In this document: positions 1 through 7,720 of the stretch, piece after piece
Layout of the letters: each line of letters begins with the position of its first letter
Numbering within the stretch: position 1 is the stretch's first letter
From: an uncultured Christensenellaceae bacterium
GTDB taxonomy: Bacteria; Bacillota; Clostridia; Christensenellales; UMGS416
DNA: 64,000 nt
Assembly (NCBI GenBank): GCA_944376795.1
Contig: CALWDW010000015.1
Coordinates: 2,127 to 66,126, forward strand
Reading direction: 5' to 3'
Made by a program: the position numbers and the translations under genes
The notes under the pieces: model-generated
Seen by the model: the letters and a program-made list of their open reading frames with translations, nothing else
Databases searched by the model: none
Told to the model about the DNA's origin: nothing

Positions 1-148
1 CACATTGTAAGATTTGCGTTGATTTCTGCGATCCAGGCAGAAAAGTTCGCTAATTATAATCCCTTTTTCCAAGTGAACTCCCTGACACATAGGGTCCCAA
101 CGCCAAAGGGGTCCATTTGTATCATAATTAGGGCCATTTACCCTACTG

Positions 149-192
149 GAAGCTACATTTTAGTCTTCAAAAAACGACTGAAATGTAGCTTC
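149..192. repeat. 17-bp inverted repeat (hairpin) inside a low-GC non-coding block
   Basis: GAAGCTACATTTTAGTC (149-165), a 10-nt loop, then GACTGAAATGTAGCTTC (176-192). The arms are complementary except at one T.G position, which is a wobble only on + strand RNA. There is no adjacent U-tract. Confidence 0.6.
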
Positions 193-511
193 TCCTTTAG
201 AAAACTGCGAGATGAAACTTCCGATTTTATACTTCTCATGAAATCATGTATTATGTAGTGGATTTAAGTTCTTCCCATGGGCACTGCTTTTTTCTGATAC
301 AAAACATCGATTTCAACCGCCTCCTTTCAAAGAAGCACCGCAATTTTGAGCCAATGGAAATCAGGCTTCCGATGCTTTCCCTTTGGAGCCCATGCTTGCA
401 AAGCCAACGTCATGTGGCTGCAGCGCCAAGAAAACAGATATTAGAAGACCAAATTAAAATGAAAGAGGCAGAGTCCTAATGACCCTTCCCAAGAAAAAGT
501 CTGATTTGGGT

Positions 512-536
512 ACGCCATAGACGGGGATGGCGTTTT
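512..536 (+). terminator. Possible intrinsic terminator
   Basis: ACGCCAT (512-518), an 8-nt loop, ATGGCGT (527-533), then TTT. The stem is short and no convincing upstream CDS is present. Confidence 0.35.
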
Positions 537-623
537 CTCCTTTGATATGCCCTTGCACAATTTATAGACCCATGTTTAATGTAGGAAAGCTATAAATCAA
601 CCGCGATAGGAAGGAGGCCCTCT

Positions 624-1313
624 ATGGACAAAAAATACTACGAGGCCTATGAAAACCGATATAAACAGGTCCATGCAAAAAACCTTTCTTGGTTTTCATC
701 GGACGCCAGTCCCATTGTTCTGGATACCATCAAGAAATATTTTCACGGAAAACATCCTAGAATCCTCGATGTGGGTTGCGGCGAAGGCAGGGATAGCGTT
801 GCCCTGTTGGAAAGAGGGTATGACGTTACCGGCATAGACATTTCTGCAGAGGCCATAAGATATTGCAAGCGTAAGGCCAAGCAAAAGGACCGGCACCGAT
901 TTTGGGTTGTGGATGTCTGCACACAAAATATGCCCCAACGCTTCGACTTCATCTATTCTGTCGCAACCCTGCACATGCTTCTCAAAGATGACGACAGAAA
1001 AAGCTATCTTGCCTTTATTTTGCACCACCTGGTGCCAGGCGGCTACGGACTGATTTTAACGATAGGCGACGGCACGGAGGAGTCGCAAAGCAATGCGGAA
1101 ACAGCTTTCGAAAATGTGAAAAGAAGGCACGGAGAAACCGGGCTGGTGATGGAGATCGCGGCCACCTCATGCAGAAAAGTCAGTTTTCAAACCTTTGAAA
1201 ACGAACTGTCGGACGCCGGATTTGGTATGGTTGACAGCGGGTTAACCCATATCGGGCTGGATTTCCCAACGATTATGTATGCGGTTATAAACAAGCCGTC
1301 TCCTTTTCTGTAA
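624..1313 (+). CDS. Class I SAM-dependent methyltransferase
   Basis: 229 aa. Motif I is ILDVGCGEGRDS, followed by an acidic loop (DVTGIDIS). The RBS AGGAAGGAGG lies 7 nt upstream of the ATG. GC is clearly lower than the rest of the window. Confidence 0.85.
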   Translation: MDKKYYEAYENRYKQVHAKNLSWFSSDASPIVLDTIKKYFHGKHPRILDVGCGEGRDSVALLERGYDVTGIDISAEAIRYCKRKAKQKDRHRFWVVDVCTQNMPQRFDFIYSVATLHMLLKDDDRKSYLAFILHHLVPGGYGLILTIGDGTEESQSNAETAFENVKRRHGETGLVMEIAATSCRKVSFQTFENELSDAGFGMVDSGLTHIGLDFPTIMYAVINKPSPFL

Positions 1314-1389
1314 AACGCTCCCCTTTTCGCCGTCAAAGCGCCGCACTTTGTCTGCATTCTTTCACGCCAAGAGGGGCCTTGCGCCGCAG

Positions 1390-1425
1390 GAAGGATGGCG
1401 TCCGCCGAATCGGACGCCATCCTTC
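1390..1425. terminator. Perfect 15-bp hairpin between convergent genes (terminator-like, no U-tract)
   Basis: GAAGGATGGCGTCCG (1390-1404), loop CCGAAT, then CGGACGCCATCCTTC (1411-1425). It lies between the methyltransferase stop (1313) and the vWA stop (1477). Confidence 0.4.
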
Positions 1426-1476
1426 GCTCCATGCAGAGCCTAGAGAGCCTTCGCCTGGAGGAGGCAGCCGGTCTTG

Positions 1477-2136
1477 TCAGCGGCGCTGGCTGCCGCCTCG
1501 CCGCTGGAAATCCTCCTCAATGGCGTCCTTCCAATGGGCGTCAAGCGGTGCGCTGCAGCGCACAGAGGCCACCGCATCGCTGACCACATCATAGTTGAGC
1601 CGCGTTCCCTCTGCGTCGTTGTGGAAGTTCACCGCCCGGTCGGCGCCAATCCCCATCTGTCCCGCCGTTCCCACGGCGTCGATATTCGCCCCCAGGAAAA
1701 GGAATTCCCATCCGAACTCCGCTTTCTGCCGCTGGATCATGCGCCGTACTTCCTCCAGGGTATAGCGGCGGCTGGCATTCTCCATCCCGTCGGTGGTGAT
1801 GACAAACATCGTGTGCTCTGGGATGTCCTCCCGCCGGGCATACTTGTGGATATTGCCAATGTGATGGATGGCGCCTCCCACAGCGTCCAGCAGCGCCGTG
1901 CAGCCACGGACAAAGTACTCCCTCTCCGTAATGGGGGCTACGTCTCGAATGTCCAGCCGGTCATGGATCACCTGGGTGGTGTCGTCAAAGAGAACGGTCG
2001 AGATATAGGCCCCCCCGGGCTCCCGTTTCTGCTTGGCCAGTAGGCTGTTGAAGCCGCCAATGGTGTCCGCCTCCAGCCCGCACATCGAGCCGCTGCGGTC
2101 CAGGATAAATACCAACTCCGTCCAATTCCTACGCAT
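1477..2136 (-). CDS. von Willebrand factor type A (vWA) domain protein
   Basis: 219 aa. The N-terminal MIDAS motif is LVFILDRSGSM (DxSxS), with the later TTDG typical of vWA folds. There is no signal peptide. Confidence 0.85.
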   Translation of the reverse strand: MRRNWTELVFILDRSGSMCGLEADTIGGFNSLLAKQKREPGGAYISTVLFDDTTQVIHDRLDIRDVAPITEREYFVRGCTALLDAVGGAIHHIGNIHKYARREDIPEHTMFVITTDGMENASRRYTLEEVRRMIQRQKAEFGWEFLFLGANIDAVGTAGQMGIGADRAVNFHNDAEGTRLNYDVVSDAVASVRCSAPLDAHWKDAIEEDFQRRGGSQRR

Positions 2137-2236
2137 ATGAAAATCCTCCTATCCTGTGGTACGGGGTTCTCCCCTATGTCCACAGTATAGGAGGATGAGC
2201 CGGACAAAAGGTCGCTTGGAAAGCGACATCGCATGG

Positions 2237-3228
2237 CTAGCCCCCCAGCAGGCTTTGGTCGAAGGCGAACAGCGCCTCGTTGATCTCAAAAATATTGTAG
2301 TTGCCGTGGGCAATGAAGTACTCTACAATAATGTCAAACTTACTGGCGTGAGAGAAGGCAAAGCCCGCCTTCTGCAGCAGCTCCCGCGCCTCTTCCAGCG
2401 GCAGTTCCAGGGCCACGGCAAAGGCCATGGCGGTGGGCTTGGAGGGCCGGTAGTGGATGTCCGAGCGGATCTTGGAGAAGAGCTTACGGTCAATGTTGGT
2501 TTCTTGTAGCATTGGGCATCGGTCATGCCCAGCTGGTCAATCTTACGCAGCAGCATCTGAGAAAAGCTCTCATCCAACCTCCCCAGCGCCTCATCCAGGC
2601 TACCGGCAGCTGCATACGGCGCCGCATCCACCGCGTCCGGAATGCCGAGTGCGGCCATCTCGGGCAGCCGGCGCCTCACCGCCTCCAGGGAGTCATGCGC
2701 GTCCACATAGCGGTCATCAATATAGGCCGCGATGTGGGCAAAAAGGCTGGCCCCGATCTGGTAGGACGCCCGGTCATAAATCGCCAGGTAGACCGTCATG
2801 TCATGCCGGAGAAGAAAGTCCCCTAGGGTATGGACCGCCACCTGAAGCGCCTGGTCCTTGGGGTAGCCGTAGCTGCCGGAGGAGATCAGCGGAAAGGCTA
2901 CGGATTCGCACCGATACGCCTGGGCTAGCGCCAGTGAAGCCCGGTAGGCAGAGGCCAATAGTTCCCGTTCCCCATGCATCCCGCCGCGCCAGACCGGCCC
3001 CACGGCGTGGATCACATAGCGGCAGGGCAGGCGGTATCCGCCTGTAATCTTGGCGCTGCCCGTCCTGCAGCCTCCCAGGGTGCGGCACGCAGCCAACAGT
3101 TCCGGTCCCGCAGCGCGATGGATGCTGCCGTCCACCCCGCCGCCGCCCAGCAGGGTCTCGTTGGCGGCGTTCACGATGGCGTCTACCTCCATGACGGTAA
3201 TATCCTGGCGGACAATGTGAAGGGGCAT
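2237..3228 (-). pseudogene. Macro domain (ADP-ribose binding/hydrolase) plus C-terminal HTH protein, split by a -1 frameshift near 2498-2505
   Basis: ORF 2323-3228 begins with a macro domain (VDAIVNAAN...[10 protein letters not shown]...VIHAVGP...[15 protein letters not shown]). It runs into ...[24 protein letters not shown] and then Pro/Ser/Trp-rich junk. ORF 2237-2512, in another frame, continues with ...[46 protein letters not shown]..., the rest of an XRE-like HTH domain. No SD precedes the second ORF. Confidence 0.75.
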
Positions 3229-3369
3229 GCTTCCACCTCCTTGTCTTGCGTGATTTTATGATATCATATCCGTCCATAGGTGACAACCGCCAACGGTTTT
3301 GCTATAATGGGGAAAATTCCTGCCAAAAGCCGCCAATAAGAAGGCGCTGCCCCGCCAAGGAGGCAACCT

Positions 3370-3720
3370 ATGACAGACTTGACTCATTTTATGGATGCCG
3401 AAGGCCGGTTGGTCATGTTCCCCGCCAAGCGGAAAATGAAGCTGCAGGCTCTCCTGTACCTGGCCGGCAAGTTCGAAAAAGACCGCATCTACACGGAAAA
3501 AGAGGTCAACGCACTTCTCAGCCGATGGCATACCTTTGGGGATCCCGCCACCCTGCGCAGGGAGCTCTACCATCACCGGCTGCTGAATCGGGAGCCCTCC
3601 GGTGCGTCCTACTGGCTGGAGCCGGTGCAGCCCGACCTGGCGGCTCTCATGGACAAATACAGCGGCCGCCGTCAATCCCCCTCTCCCGACGTTCCATCAT
3701 CGGATGGGTGTGAACCCTGA
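3370..3720 (+). CDS. DUF2087 domain protein
   Basis: 116 aa. FMDAEGRLVMFPAKRKMKLQALLYLAGKFEKDRIYTEKEVNALL...DPATLRRELY matches my recollection of the DUF2087 family pattern. The RBS is AAGGAGG. Confidence 0.7.
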   Translation: MTDLTHFMDAEGRLVMFPAKRKMKLQALLYLAGKFEKDRIYTEKEVNALLSRWHTFGDPATLRRELYHHRLLNREPSGASYWLEPVQPDLAALMDKYSGRRQSPSPDVPSSDGCEP

Positions 3721-3819
3721 CCCGCCTCAGAAAGAAGGGAGCAACACGCCCGCCACAGCCGGTATCCTGAGGGAACCCATGCGTCACGGAACGAACCCTA
3801 AGAAAAGGAGGCATGTCCC

Positions 3820-4449
3820 ATGGACGCTTCTGGTCTGGATCTGTTTATGATGTGCGAAGCGCTGCGGCGCAGCGCCTTTACATCTCCCCCGCCGGGCTAT
3901 CACTGCCGCCTCTGCCGAAGGGATGAACTGGCAGTCTGGAAAAATCTCTGCGTCCCTGATCCACGGTTTACTTTCGTACTGGACGACTACTTCACACAGG
4001 TTTACGCGCCAGAGGGCGATCTTTTTTTCCACCGCTGCACCTTCCTCTGTGATGAAACCGACCAACCCGTTGGGACCTGCTTCCTGTGGAAGGCATACGG
4101 CCGGATCCTAACCCTGCATTGGCTGCGGGTGCTTCCGGCGTACGAAGGTCGCGGGCTGGGCCGGGCGCTGCTCTCGGAGGTACTGCGTCCGGCGGCGGAT
4201 GCGGCCTGCCCGGTGTTCCTGCATACCCATCCTGCCAATGCCCGGGCTATACACCTATACTGCGACCTTGGCTTCCGGTTTCTGGATGCGCCTGCGTGGA
4301 TCGGCTATCGCCCCAACGGCTATCAGCAGGGATACGCCTACCTCCGCGACGTCATGCCGCCGGAGCTCTTCGCTGCGCTTCCCTCGCCGCGTCCTGCGCC
4401 GCCTACGCTGCTGGAAGCCGCCGCCTCCACCCGGTACGAGCAGTTTTAG
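3820..4449 (+). CDS. GNAT family N-acetyltransferase
   Basis: 209 aa. The acetyl-CoA binding motif is LRVLPAYEGRGLGRALLSEVL (Q/RxxGxG/A). Confidence 0.8.
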   Translation: MDASGLDLFMMCEALRRSAFTSPPPGYHCRLCRRDELAVWKNLCVPDPRFTFVLDDYFTQVYAPEGDLFFHRCTFLCDETDQPVGTCFLWKAYGRILTLHWLRVLPAYEGRGLGRALLSEVLRPAADAACPVFLHTHPANARAIHLYCDLGFRFLDAPAWIGYRPNGYQQGYAYLRDVMPPELFAALPSPRPAPPTLLEAAASTRYEQF

Positions 4450-4486
4450 GCAGCTTCTCCCCCTGGCTCCTTTCGCTGTATATAGA

Positions 4487-4532
4487 AATCCCGCCGCCGG
4501 CAGAACGATAAACCGGCAGCGGGATTCCTTTT
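4487..4532 (+). terminator. Intrinsic terminator after the GNAT gene
   Basis: AATCCCGCCGCCGG, a loop, then CCGGCAGCGGGATT (one mismatch), followed by CCTTTT. Confidence 0.6.
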
Positions 4533-4591
4533 GAAGGCAGTTTGACGGACAATTCCCCAGGCTCCGGCACTGCGGCTTCCCCTTTCCTGCG

Positions 4592-5095
4592 TTAGGTATC
4601 CAGCTCACAAAAATACAGCGTATCCGTATCTGTATCATAGAGGCCCAGCGTAAAGTTGAAGGACCCTCTATTGAGAATGTCCGGGCCGGTTGCCTTTCCG
4701 GCCGCCGCCTGCCTGTCAATGAGCCGATAGTAGCCGTTCCGGATTTCGGGCACGCACGGCTCCCCGTTCTCATCCGTCAAAAAAGGCCCCGTCTTGCTGG
4801 AGGCGTCCTCTACGCCGTAAACCAAAGTCCGCACAGTTGGGTCCAGGGGAAAGGCCTTCCATTCCGGGCTGGCCTGGATTTCACGCAACACCCCATTGCC
4901 GTGAAAGTGCAGAACGGCGCATGTGGTTCCGTCGCCATTTCCGCTGTGCGTATCATAGCAGGACGCCAGGCTGCCGCTTTCGGCATCGATGCCCAGCGCT
5001 TTGGAAACAACCGCCTGCGTACCAGAGGCGCTGCAAGCCGCTAAAGGGATGAGCAGGAGCAGAACTGTCAGCAAAAACGCAATGGATTTCTTCAT
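4592..5095 (-). CDS. Hypothetical lipoprotein
   Basis: The start is trimmed to the internal ATG at 5095, preceded by AGAAGGGAA. MKKSIAFLLTVLLLLIPLAACSASG is a signal peptide plus lipobox (LAAC). I recall no family for the mature part. Confidence 0.7.
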   Translation of the reverse strand: MKKSIAFLLTVLLLLIPLAACSASGTQAVVSKALGIDAESGSLASCYDTHSGNGDGTTCAVLHFHGNGVLREIQASPEWKAFPLDPTVRTLVYGVEDASSKTGPFLTDENGEPCVPEIRNGYYRLIDRQAAAGKATGPDILNRGSFNFTLGLYDTDTDTLYFCELDT

Positions 5096-5351
5096 GGAAC
5101 ATTCCCTTCTCATATTGCCCTCGCCGGCAAGAGAGGCTGCAAGCTTTGGTCCCTTACCCGGAGGATTTGCCTTTTCTTCTCTATAGACGCAAATCGCGCC
5201 GGAAAGTTTCCATAACGCCGCACGAATGGACGACCCCTGCCCGCAAAGCCAGCGGACAGAGCGCCCCCAAGGCCTCCCCAGAAAAAGTCCTTGCACATTC
5301 TGGGCTTTTACGCTATACTAGGATGAATTATGGTAAAGGAGGATGGTCCCT

Positions 5352-5930
5352 ATGTCAGATGAACTCAAAATGGTAGCCCTGCGCATCCGCGACGTGCGCG
5401 AGATCCATGATCTCACCCTGGAAGAGGCTGCTGAGAAGGTTGGGGTCGACGCTGCAACCTATCGTCTTTACGAAAGTGGCACGGTCGATATTCCCGTGGG
5501 CTTTCTCTATCAGCTTACCCGCGTCTTTGGAGTTGACCTGACCGTCCTTCTCACCGGGGATGAGCCGCGCACCAAGGCCTATTTCGTGGTGCGTAAGGGA
5601 AAAGGTATCTCGGTGGACCGCCGCAAGGACTATGGCTATGAGGCCCTGGCCTACGGCTTCCAGCACAAGATGATGGAACCCTTTATGGTCACCGTGGACA
5701 AAAAGGACACCGAGGCCAACAAGTACTGCCACGAGGGCCAGGAATTCGTCCACGTGGTGGAAGGCACTCTGCGCGTGGCCTTTGAGCGGTACGACGTCAC
5801 TCTGCACGAGGGAGACAGCATCTATTTTGACGCCTCCCATCCCCATGGGATGAATGCCGTGGGTGGACGGACCCGTTTCATGTCCATCATCACCAACCAT
5901 GCCGCGCCCCAGGAGGATTTCCCACAATGA
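5352..5930 (+). CDS. XRE-family HTH plus cupin domain transcriptional regulator
   Basis: The N-terminal HTH is LRIRDVREIHDLTLEEAAEKVGVDAATYRLYESG. The C-terminal cupin is HEGQEFVHVVEGTL...GDSIYFDASHPHG. The start was chosen at the ATG 9 nt after AAAGGAGG. The gene overlaps the next gene by 4 nt. Confidence 0.85.
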   Translation: MSDELKMVALRIRDVREIHDLTLEEAAEKVGVDAATYRLYESGTVDIPVGFLYQLTRVFGVDLTVLLTGDEPRTKAYFVVRKGKGISVDRRKDYGYEALAYGFQHKMMEPFMVTVDKKDTEANKYCHEGQEFVHVVEGTLRVAFERYDVTLHEGDSIYFDASHPHGMNAVGGRTRFMSIITNHAAPQEDFPQ

Positions 5931-7615
5931 ACCTCATTGATCGGTTTACCCGGGCTGACTATGCGGATATGGCGGACTTTGCGGCCAACTGTCATATCCA
6001 TGTACCGGAGAATTTCAACTTTGGCTACGATGTGGTGGACGAATACGCCCGCCTCTGTCCCCAAAAGCGCGCCCTGGTGTGGCTGAATGACAAAGGGGAC
6101 GAAAAGATTCTGGATTTCGGCGACATCAAGCGCCTCTCCGACCAGACGGCCAACATGTTGGCCGCTCTGGGTGTGCACAAGGGCACCAAGGTAATGCTGA
6201 TCCTCATGCAGCGGTATGAATACTGGTATATTTCTATCGCCCTGCACAAGATCGGCGCCGTGCTCATCCCCGCTACCTACCAGCTGGCTGCCAAGGACAT
6301 CGCCTATCGCATCGATGCAGCCCATGTGGATATGGTAATCTCCGTGGGAGACGCCCACGTGGTGCAGGAGATCAACCTATCGACCGAGAAGACCTCCCGC
6401 CCCTTCCAGCGGATCTGCCTGGGAGACGCCACACCCGAAGGCTGGCTGAACTTCCACGCCCTGGCCGACCAGGCCTCCACCCAATGGACACGCCCCACTG
6501 GCATCGAAGCCACCCACAACAAGGATATGATGCTCATGTACTTCACCTCTGGTACCAGCGGCTACCCCAAAATGGCCGTGCATGACTTCACCTATCCGCT
6601 AGGGCATATTGTGACTGCCGCCTTCTGGCAGAATGTACAGGACGACGGTCTCCACCTGACAGTGGCCGATACCGGCTGGGCCAAGTCCTCCTGGGGAAAG
6701 ATCTACGGTCAGTGGATTGCAGGCACCGCCCTGTTCGTCTACGATTACGAGCGCTTCCACGCCCAGGATCTGGCTGAGAAGATTACCACCTGGGGCGTGA
6801 CCACTTTCTGCGCTCCGGCGACGGTCTACCGCTTCATGATTAAGGAGGATCTTTCCGCCTACGACTTCAGCAAGCTCTGCTATGCCGTAGTGGCGGGAGA
6901 GCCCCTCAACCCCGAGGTGCAGGCCCAGTTTACCGCGGTCACCGGCGGCATCCGCCTCATGGAGGGCTACGGCCAGACTGAATCCACCATCATCGTGGGC
7001 ACCTTCCGGTGGATGCAGCCCAAGCCGGGTTCCATGGGAAGACCCAATCCTAATTACACCATCGCCCTTCTGGACGAGGACGGCCAGCCTGTCCCCTACG
7101 GCGAAGAGGGGGAGCTCTGTATCGACACCCGCCACGGGAAACCTGTGGGACTCTTTACCGGCTACTATGAGTCTCCGGAAAAGACCCAGGAGCTTTGGCA
7201 CGATGGGTACTATCACACCGGCGACGTAGTCTGGCGGGATGAGGATGGGTTTCTTTGGTTCGTAGGCCGCGCCGACGATGTTATTAAGAGCTCCGGCTAC
7301 CGTATCGGCCCCTTTGAGGTAGAAAATGTATTGATGGAACATCCCGCCGTGCTGGAATGTGCCGTCACGGGGGTTCCTGACCCCATCCGTGGGCAAGCAG
7401 TCAAGGGTACCATCGTCCTCGCCCCGGGATATTCCCCCAGCGAGGCCCTGGCAAAGGAGCTGCAGGTCTATGTAAAGGGCAATACCGCCCCCTACAAGTA
7501 TCCCCGGGTCATTGAATTCGTGGAGCAGCTTCCCAAGACCACTTCGGGGAAGATCCGCCGTAAGGACATTGTAAAGGCCGACCGGGAGAAATACGCCCAA
7601 CAGAACAAAGGGTAA
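5927..7615 (+). CDS. AMP-binding acyl-CoA synthetase (medium-chain/acetyl-CoA-synthetase-like)
   Basis: 562 aa. The AMP-binding signature is MLMYFTSGTSGYPKM, with YGQTE, TGDVVWRDEDGFLWFVGRADDVIKSSGYRIGPFEVE and the C-terminal PKTTSGKIRR. Confidence 0.9.
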   Translation: MNLIDRFTRADYADMADFAANCHIHVPENFNFGYDVVDEYARLCPQKRALVWLNDKGDEKILDFGDIKRLSDQTANMLAALGVHKGTKVMLILMQRYEYWYISIALHKIGAVLIPATYQLAAKDIAYRIDAAHVDMVISVGDAHVVQEINLSTEKTSRPFQRICLGDATPEGWLNFHALADQASTQWTRPTGIEATHNKDMMLMYFTSGTSGYPKMAVHDFTYPLGHIVTAAFWQNVQDDGLHLTVADTGWAKSSWGKIYGQWIAGTALFVYDYERFHAQDLAEKITTWGVTTFCAPATVYRFMIKEDLSAYDFSKLCYAVVAGEPLNPEVQAQFTAVTGGIRLMEGYGQTESTIIVGTFRWMQPKPGSMGRPNPNYTIALLDEDGQPVPYGEEGELCIDTRHGKPVGLFTGYYESPEKTQELWHDGYYHTGDVVWRDEDGFLWFVGRADDVIKSSGYRIGPFEVENVLMEHPAVLECAVTGVPDPIRGQAVKGTIVLAPGYSPSEALAKELQVYVKGNTAPYKYPRVIEFVEQLPKTTSGKIRRKDIVKADREKYAQQNKG

Positions 7616-7672
7616 ATGTTCCATAATATAAGTCGCCCTTATATCGTTCCCTTCAATTTCAAATAACCAAAA

Positions 7673-7700
7673 GGCCAAAAACAGCTTGTTTTTGGCCTTT
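7673..7700. terminator. Bidirectional intrinsic terminator after the acyl-CoA synthetase
   Basis: GGCCAAAAAC (7673-7682), loop AGCTT, then GTTTTTGGCC (7688-7697). It is flanked by AAAA upstream and TTT downstream. Confidence 0.7.
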
Positions 7701-7714
7701 GCCTATGCTATGAT
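7686..7714 (+). promoter_or_regulatory. Sigma70-like promoter with extended -10
   Basis: TTGTTT (7686-7691), a 17-nt spacer, then TGcTATGAT (-10 at 7709-7714). It would start transcription near 7721, at the head of the non-coding unit. Confidence 0.4.
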
Positions 7715-7720
7715 GCAGAC

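Noticed and set aside
19-479. ORFs 19-258 (+, 79 aa) and 246-479 (+, 77 aa) at the left edge.
   Set aside because: They have no SD and implausible sequences. They lie in a low-GC region that looks like fragmented or degenerate DNA.
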